From Paraspadella gotoi (lineage: Eukaryota > Animalia > Chaetognatha): a stretch of 64,000 bases of DNA. The stretch is from NCBI GenBank assembly GCA_051294375.1, contig CM119267.1, positions 11,667,553 through 11,731,552 on the forward strand, written 5' to 3'. Within the stretch, counting starts at the first letter, position 1. Every line of letters begins with the position of its first letter. A model generated the notes under the pieces. That model was not told the origin of the DNA. It did no database searches and saw only the letters and a program-made list of their open reading frames with translations. Both the position numbers and the translations under genes were made by a program. Positions 54,776 through 64,000 of this stretch are shown here, piece by piece.

Positions 54776-57129
54776 TCAGTGGCCAAAAATTCACCGGTTT
54801 TTAATTGGGCCGTAGATGTGATCATGCGACCCAAAACGGCAGCCGCTAAACAATCGATTTTCTCTCAGGTTTTATCATCGCAGCGGGAATCGGCATTTGG
54901 GGATCGAGGCGAGCCACGTTGTTCTTCCTTTACATGACTTGCGGCGTCCCCTTTCTCATCAACGCCATCTTGAGAGCCACTATGGAAAATCAAGGTAGGA
55001 TTACAAACTTTCCCATAAAAATACATCCAACAATTTAATCCAATCAAGCATCAAAACCTCGATCCTCATCCTCCTCTTCCCCTCCCTCTCCCGAGGATCC
55101 GTTCCTTTTTAGTCCACTCTCCGCGTTTCTCCAGTTCTACTAACTTCCTTCTTTCTAATACTATTTCCGGCCAGGGACTTTTCCTCAATAAACATTACCG
55201 TTCTTCTTCAGAAAACCATCGAATCAAACCATTACAACGAATCAAACCAAACCCCCCCCCCCGCCAAACTCATTCAACTTCGATCAAACTCACCTAAAAC
55301 CACACCGCACCCTACCCGACTTCCACTCCAATCAATCCAATTTTAACTTACGCTAACCGCCTTACCCTAGGCTACTTCGACGAGGCGGCGTGCCGCGAGA
55401 AATACCCGGCCAATTTATCTCTGTGCGATCCTGACCTTCACCACGACATTCGTCACGACGTCCTTCACGGATTCCACCTGGTGGGTCATTTCGGCGCCGG
55501 GGGTTCGTTACTCGCCATCGAACTCGTCACCAACGAGATCTTTCCAACCGTCGCCAGGTGAATTCCAAGGAAAAGGATTCCACGATACAATCTTTCAACT
55601 TTCTCAATTATCGGCAAAATTTTAACTGGAATTGTTGTTTGTATTGATGTTCTTATCGTCGTCGTTGCTGTTATTGTTGTTGTTCTTGCCTCTCTTGTCG
55701 TCGTCATCGAGACTAGGTGAATTTTCTTTTCATAACTATTCTGAAGATTTTTTCCCTAATTTTCTTCGTTTATAGAGTTATAGAGTTATCTACATCTCCC
55801 CCCTTCCCGGACGCTCCCCCCTCTTTTCTGCAAGGTCGACCTGCTTCGGGATCTGCGCCGCAATCAGCAGAATCACCGCCATCGGCGCCACCTTCGCCTC
55901 CATCCTTCAGCGAACGTGAGACGTCGCCGATGACTGATTGACGAAGATGAAGACGACATCGATGATGTTGATGATGTTGATGTTGATGATGATGTTAATG
56001 TGGATGATGATGTTAATGTGGATGATGATGTTGATGATGATGTTAATGTGGATGATGATGTTGAAGATGAAGTTGATGATGTTGATGATGATGATATTGT
56101 TGATCATGATGTTGATGATGACAATGATAGTGACGAAGAACTTATCCTTCTCTCATCACTCCCTCACCGTCTCCATCATCCAACAACTCTCCAACCACTC
56201 TTCAGGAATCCCATCGGCTTCGACGTCATCCTCGTCATTCTCAACATCGGCGCCGCGCTTCTCCTCTGGTTTCTGCCGGAAACGCGCGGCGCCGCTCTGC
56301 CACAGACCTCCGCCGATCTCGACGTTTTTCAGGTTTGTTGTTGTTTGACTTGACTTGATAGGCGTTCGTCCTTCGGTTGACTGCCTCACTCTCAATGCTG
56401 TCGTCGTATGTGTCGCGCTCGTTGTTGTTGTTGTCGTTTCGTTCGTCGTAATCGTCCTTGTTTTCGTCGCTTCAGCTACTGGAAGGGAAGGTTATGCGCG
56501 AGAAATATTATATATAAAAACATGAAGAGAAATATAAAAACTAGCTATCAACTAGCTATCAACTATCAACTAGCTATGATAGCTAGCTGCTATCATCAAC
56601 GTAGCAAGAACCTTTAACCTTTAACCTTTTAATCAAAACTATCCGGCAGTGGAGTAGTTAAATTATATGAAGTCCAGAGTGCTTGGCTTCCAATCGATGA
56701 AGTTGTAAAATATCGTATAATAACTGAGCTACCAATTATTCTACGACTACATCTATTTGATAAAGGTCTACATATAATTACAATGAATCGTAAATATAAA
56801 TCGCCACATTATAATTTATATCTATAACCTCAAGCATCGTTCTTTTGTCAATCCACAAAGCAATAGACTTAAAATATTTAAGACTGACCGACCGACCATC
56901 CGACGTTGTTGACCCAAAGCAGGTGCCACTTTCCTGTCGCTAAATGTTTTGTCCGTTTTCTCGTTGACAGTCCAAGTACGACGCACGAGGGGGATGCGTG
57001 GCCAATCTCTGTATCGGATGCCTCGTCAAAGACGAAGAGAAGAAGGATGAGGAGGAGGAGAAAGAGGAGCGAGGGGAAGAGAATAAAGGGTTCGACTCTG
57101 GGATTACGAACGGATCCTCGAAAATCTGA
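51601..57129 (+). CDS. SLC22-family (MFS) organic cation/anion transporter-like protein
   Basis: Exons 51601-51712, 51784-51890, 51950-52108, 52296-52372, 52657-52728, 52903-53070, 53143-53243, 53587-53905, 54310-54470, 54869-54994, 55371-55557, 55835-55915, 56206-56332, (56476-56490) and 56971-57129 are all phase-compatible. Motifs: ADALGRK, PESVKWL, GNRFLNFF, EIFPTVAR and LPETRG. Confidence 0.9.
55950..56135. repeat. Intronic GAT/GTT-rich minisatellite (GATGATGATGTTAATGTG-type units)
   Basis: Directly visible inside the SLC22 intron 55916-56205. Confidence 0.85.
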
Positions 57130-57558
57130 GGCTTGTTAATTTTCTTTTGTGATATTTTTTGTACATTTTCAGTGTTCGAGTATATTTGTATTAATCGTAC
57201 TAATTCGTAGCGTACCTTGTTATTTTAATTGATTTTTTATTTGAAATTTTAGGTTTTAAAATGGACTCATCTTGATCAATTTCTCAAATGTAAAAAAAGG
57301 GCTTACATTTGATATAAATTATAATATCGATGTATTGTATTTCCTTCGTTGCGGTTTGGAATTAGTTTACAAAGTAGAGAGTACACTAATATTGATGTAA
57401 TATATGATATAATGATATATTGAGTACAGATTTATCAGTACAGAAATTAAAATAAATCGAAAAACCGAAAAACTTTTATAAATTATTATGTTATTCCTCA
57501 TCAAAAAAAAATTTTATCGATCCGTTGTCTGTAGAACTTATTAAGAATCAAAGTTTAG

Positions 57559-57623
<65 letters not shown>

Positions 57624-57664
57624 TTCTCTTTCTCTGGGCTCCGTTTCTTTCTTCTTTCTATTTA

Positions 57665-57735
57665 TCGTTTTGAAGCCGGCCCTTGCACGATTCATTCCAC
57701 GTGAATGAATCGTGCAAGGGCCGGCTTCAAAACGA
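57665..57735. repeat. Perfect 33-bp inverted repeat with a 5-nt loop
   Basis: Arms 57665-57697 and 57703-57735 are exact reverse complements. The loop is CACGT. Confidence 0.95.
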
Positions 57736-57987
57736 GTCAGGTTTTAGCGAACTATGTAACGAACCTTATCTCAAGCAAAATAGAAATTGTAAAAACAGGT
57801 AAATGGTGCTGGTAACTCCGAACTCGAAGCCAAAGATAAAAAAATACTGTTAGCATGCGAAGAGACTATTTTTTTATATTCTGTCTGTCCATTTGATTGT
57901 CTGTTTGCCAGCGGGATTATACTGAAGTATTAATTCTGTCTCAAGTGTTTCTCAGGTTCTCAGCTGATAACTATATAAAATTTCAAG

Positions 57988-58221
57988 ACTAGTTTCGCCC
58001 TCTGGCCCCTAGGGGGTAAAGGTTGCGTGAGAAGCGTCGCGAGAACCCACACGGGAAGCCGAGCCGAGCCGAGAGGGCAATACAGTGGGACCCGAGCCTG
58101 TTCGATGCTTCCACCACCGCTCTCCTTTTTCGTCCGAGTTTCTGAGAAGAACATTCGAATATTCGACTCAGGGTTGAACAAAGTCTGCGTCCTACAGTAC
58201 GAACGGGTTGAGCCACCACGC
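57988..58221 (-). mobile_element. Possible degenerate tRNA-derived SINE or other short GC-rich element
   Basis: The minus strand begins GCGTGGTGGCTCAA (A-box-like) with GTTCAACCC/GAGTCGAAT (B-box-like) downstream, and ends in a GC hairpin followed by CTAGT. Only one copy is present here. Confidence 0.3.
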
Positions 58222-58919
58222 AAACGACAAACTATTATTTTTATTTCGCGAATTTTCTTTAAAAAATGATATTTTCGATTTTTTTAATTTTTTACCCGGT
58301 TACCTATGATAATCCGTTCATTGCTTTCCGGTTACTTCGTCGATATTTTCTTTTCGTTTCGTTATAAATGTAATGATTTTTTCGTGGCCGTTTTAACCAT
58401 TCCCCGTTGTAGTCGGCCCTTTCTAAGTCGAGAGTATAAAGCATCCAGCTTTGTTCATCGCTGTTCTTTCTTTTCGTGTCCGACGAACACCGAGGCTTCG
58501 ATCAAACTCCTCCTCGAGGTAAAGACTTGTATTAAACGTTTTGTTTTGCTATTTTTAGCGTTTATAATACATCGATTTCAATTTTGACTTCGAACACATG
58601 CCATGGAACTATTCGCGAACGAGAAACGCACCCAAATCTACGTTTAGTCTGCATCTTATCACCGTAATCTCGAAAACTTTCTATTTTTACGGCCTGGGTT
58701 TTGATAATAATAATTCTTTTGAATAATCTGTTGAAAGTAGGTAAAACAAAAAAGTTGTTAGTATTATTATAGTTATTATGAGCGTACCCTATTTGTACTT
58801 AAAAAGCCAAACGAGAATTTGAAAATTGTATGTATCGATCCGAAAATAAATTAAAAGACGAGGGTTTATCACCAACCTCGAAGCTAATTTATGGCAACAG
58901 CCGAGTTGCCTTTGATGCC

Positions 58920-59114
58920 CATTGGTATGGGCTTCCGACCCCCAATGACGCCTCCTGTCACTGGCGCGGTTACCCGAGTACGGTCTCGCTTTAACAACGC
59001 AGAGGGAAGTTAATCGAATGGAAGGCAATGCTTCGGATGTTGTGTTGCCCCTCTGAGCCAATGGGATTGGTTGAATAACGGTTGATGTGAGGCGGTGTGA
59101 ATATACCGCCACAA
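58920..59114. repeat. ~200-nt structured dispersed repeat, copy 2 (probably in the PSPH 5'-UTR intron)
   Basis: Colinear with 33765-33971. It lies between a donor gag|gtaaag (~58518) and an acceptor taccag| (~59318). Confidence 0.85.
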
Positions 59115-59332
59115 TTTTCTCATTTTAAAATGTCTAACCTTCACCAGCCTGCATCGATGGACTTGTTGGTTAGGAGGCGTATGTCTTTCCTACAGCGCCA
59201 ATGAGTTCTTTGGGCAATCGATGGTTTTTAGGCCACCGAAAATTGGCATGTAAAGTTTAATTGGGTATATGTAAGTGTCGAACGCAAATTATATCTTACT
59301 ATACATAATATCTACCAGCTTCAATCTACATT

Positions 59333-61192
59333 ATGGCTCCAAACTTGTCGGTCTCCGAGCGCGCGGTCGCCACGTGGCGCGAGGCTGACGCCGTCTGCTT
59401 TGACGTTGACTCGACGGTGATCCAGGACGAGGGCTTGGATCAAGTCGCCGAATTTTGCGGCGTCGGGGAGAAAGTCAAGGAGATGTAAGTTTCGTCTCAA
59501 TAGCGTTGTTTATATTTATATTGATTTATGAAATCTATGATACAAATACGACGATTGCTCCCATAGGACTCGAAACGCGATGGGTGGAAACCTGACCTTC
59601 CGGAAGGCGCTGCACGACCGGCTTCAACTCATCAAACCGACGAAGCAGCAGATCGACTCCTTGCTGTCGATGCCCGGCTGCATTCGGTTGACGCCCGGCA
59701 TGAGGTCAGGCTTTTTTTATTATTATCATCTTTTTCTAGACATATATGTAGATTAGATATGGTGTTTAAATTGTTAAAGAATCACTAAGATTTTGTTAAC
59801 ACTCTTAGGTTCTTGTCGATCTGTCGCAACATCCACAGTCGACCTGGCGAGGTGGCCAAATACAAACTCTTGTATTAATATTATTATTTTTATTATTAAA
59901 GTGTTATAATTAATTCTAAATTTAATAATTTTTGAATATTAATTAAATATTTTATATCATATATCAATAGAAGTCATTAGAAGGGAATCAATTGTTTTAA
60001 ATCGTTTTGCCCCTACGCAGTGAACTGACCCGTGCGCTGCAAGCCCGCGGCACCGAGGTCTATCTCGTGTCCGGTGGATTCCACGAGCTCATTGATCCCG
60101 TGGCCCGGATGTTGAACATCCCTGTGGCAAACGTTTACGCCAACCGGCTGCTCTATTATTACGACGGTGAGTGGCGCATAGTGCGACGGTAGTGTAAGGT
60201 AAGGTCTCTCTTTATGACTTTAAAAAACATCCAGGGCTGATTCTGTAGGTAATGTTTTGACATTTTACGTTGATTAAAAGGAAATAGAGTATGGCAACGA
60301 TGATTAAAATGTTTATCGCCGTCATACTCCTCTAAGACAAGATCGTTAAATTAAAAAAATGAAAATAGCAGAACTTGGTCGATCTCTGGGTGAAAAGATA
60401 AGATAAATGGCTTATTGTTTTTACGTTTTCGTTGAAGCATTTTGACGATCATTTTCATGAACAAAAAGCTTCTTTTTTGATTTATGGATTATGTTGCTTA
60501 AATCTTCGGGCTGTTGAAGCCTGACTTTCTCAACGAACGCTGGTCTAATATTCTCTAATTCGAAAGCCTCAATTTCGACCTCTTTCCAGCCGAACAACAA
60601 CAACTTTAATTATAATATAAATATTATTAACTTTTAAAATACAATTGCAAATACTATCAGCAAAAAGCAACGTCGTCAAGTGTAATTGTTGCTTCAGGCC
60701 GCTTCGCCGGTTTCGACCATAGCTGCCCCACGTCCGAGTCCGGAGGTAAACCCAGAGTCATCAGCTACTTAAAGCAGAGGTTTGGATACGAAAACATCGT
60801 CATGGTCGGGGATGGCGCCACCGACATGGAGTGCAAGCCGCCCGAAGGGCCCGCGGTTGGTTTACGTTGATTAGATTTAATGAGTTTATTCATTCTTAAA
60901 TAATTATTACGAATATTTTTACGAACGCATATCTCTGATCGCAGGACGCTTTTATTGGATTCGGTGGCAACGTTGTCCGGCAGAAGGTCAAGGATGAAGC
61001 CGAGTGGTTCGTAACGGATTTTCAGGTGATGAGATTGAAATTAAACTTCTTTAACGAGGAATATTTAAAAACATTTAACGTTGATTTTGAGGGTTATATT
61101 GTTTGTTGTTCCAGGAAATGATCCGGCACATTCAGACGAAAAACGTTTCGTCACAAAGAGGGTTGGAGATGCCCGTCATCGTTACGTCCTAG
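59333..61192 (+). CDS. PSPH: Phosphoserine phosphatase (HAD superfamily)
   Basis: Exons 59333-59484, 59567-59704, 60021-60166, 60698-60855, 60945-61025 and 61115-61192 are in phase. Motifs: ADAVCFDVDST, LVSGGF, SGGK, MVGDGATD and FIGFGGNVVR. Confidence 0.97.
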
Positions 61193-63055
61193 ACGATCTG
61201 ATCTTTTTTTTTTATCCGATTTTTTTTTTTCATTAGCACTAATTTTTTTTAAAGCTAAATAATGTTAAAAGGGTTAAGAATCAACTTCGCTTTAAAAGTT
61301 TTGAAATTATTTTTCTACTTTTTGCGTTTAACCAAAACTTATATTTTTTCCGCTATAGAAGTTGACGCTGTATCCTTGATCACATTAGCTCAAAGGGGCA
61401 TACCCTGTGTTTATTTACGCCAGCCGGTTTTTCCAGAATAAAATTACAGCAATAAAAAAATTTAGGTTTTTGAAAATTGAGAAATTCGTTAAAGGATAAC
61501 TTAAAAGATACTACTAAGGAAGATTATATCTTTTGTTGGACTCTAGAGAGACTCTAGAGCATGCTTTTCCAAGTTTAGCCAAAAAAGTATTAAAGTTCAA
61601 CAGATAAAACGTCTACCAGTAAGATTGAAAATACATGATGCATACTTTCTGCACCTACTTTTACCATATTAAATATTTCGTTGGCGTCGTAAATTGGCAT
61701 TGGGTAATCTTATCACCCGAAAAATACAATCTACTTTTGCTAGATGAAAATTTTGAGCATATTGCTCAGTACTTAGCACAATGAAACCGTTACTATTGAA
61801 TGTCGAATTGAATAGAAATTGTATGATTACATTCATATTCTTTGTACGTTCCTATTTTTAGGAATGAATTACAATTATTATAAAATGATAATACAATTTA
61901 TAGTTTGCCAATAGATCCATTACTTCATTTAATTTTCTAACTGCTGTTAACACTGAACAACATTATATTGTTTTGATAAATAACTGTTAGTAATATTTAT
62001 CGTCTATTCATTATAAGTAAAATTTATATATTATTATATATTCTTTATTATTTCTGACTCATAGCATTTATTTTGATAACAAAGCTCTCCAACATTATAG
62101 TATAATTTATAACCGCAAATGCGAGTTTTAAAAACAAAATATTTATATAAATACTGGTCATGCTGCTAACAAATTAATTACAAAAACCGTTAAATATATT
62201 CAGAATCATAGAATAATTAAAGTTTGTATTTCTTTAAACCCTTGTTTATGAACATAATTGACTAATTGTGGAGTTCAGGGCCACATGTAATTCAGCTTCA
62301 ATGAATGAAATAATCGTTGTCCGATTTAGCAAAAAAATTGGCGATTTTCTTATTTTTGCTAATCAAGTTAGTTTAATCGTTTTAGCCTACTAAGAGTTAG
62401 AAAAAACTAGGTCATTTTTTCGTACTGCTAAACATTTCATTCCGTCTTATATTATAGTCTTATATTTAGTTTGCTTGCCTTGAGGTCAATCAGTTTGTCT
62501 GTCTTCCTGCCAGTCTGTCTGTCGGCTCACAAAAAAGGTGAAGCAGGGGAAAGTATTTAAAGAAATGCCAGTAAAATGGAAAAGAAAAGAAAAAAAGGGG
62601 TTAGCTATTTGGCCACCGCTGACAAGAACGCTTGGAAGCGTCGATATTTCCAATCAACGCAGATTAAAAGGGAAAAAAATTTTTTTTTCAATTTAGGGGG
62701 TAAAAAACAAAAAACAGAGTTTATTAGAACAGAAAAAAGGTAAAATAATAATGCATGAGTGTCCCGGCTTAGAAGATGGGGAGAAGATATTACAGTTCAA
62801 TGTGAACTGTCAACATTTGTTTTTGAATCGAGTTTGTAGTACTTTCATACAACATGAATCCCGAAGCGACTCGTCAAGGCGACGTCTTTTTTTCCGACAG
62901 TCTGGAGATTCCGTCATTTGTACTTTAGCTGCTCTTTACGAAGCGGCCACTTCTTTGCTTTCATTTCCTTCCATTCTCTCTCTATCTCTCTGTCTCTCTC
63001 TCTGTCTCTCCCCAACTCCAAACTACTCTTCACAAACCCTTCCAACGTAATCTCA

Positions 63056-63971
<916 letters not shown>

Positions 63972-64000
63972 TTATCTAAAAATATTTTTATTTATTCATC

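Noticed and set aside
55938-56353. Met-rich and Asp/Val-rich ORFs
   Set aside because: They arise from an intronic GAT minisatellite. Retaining that intron gives an immediate stop after exon 55835-55915.

Overview
This window is eukaryotic (animal) draft-genome sequence, not prokaryotic. It has spliced GT-AG genes with GC-rich exons, abundant (AG/CT)n microsatellites, N gaps and several unpolished, indel-rich stretches. Seven genes were reconstructed by hand from splice sites and frame phase: a C1orf87-like 3' end (+, tentative), SPATS1-like (-, locally misassembled in 2-3 copies), EFCAB10 (-), a divergent SHP2/PTPN11-type SH2-SH2-PTP (-), an SLC22-type organic ion transporter (+), phosphoserine phosphatase (+), and the 3' part of a T-type acetylcholinesterase (-). 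Mobile DNA includes a full-length Ty3/Gypsy LTR element (5-bp TSD, tRNA-Trp-type PBS, CHCC-like gag motif, CsRn1-like), a 607-bp foldback MITE with an 8-bp TSD, a duplicated ~1.1-kb element carrying a tRNA-like SINE head, and a two-copy ~200-nt repeat with apparent compensatory base changes. I found no clearly novel multi-gene system. The best leads are the structured two-copy repeat, the SHP2-like protein with a remodelled autoinhibitory interface, a ciliary gene neighbourhood with RFX X-boxes, and the AChE-T exon architecture. Homology calls come from recalled protein motifs, not from database searches.
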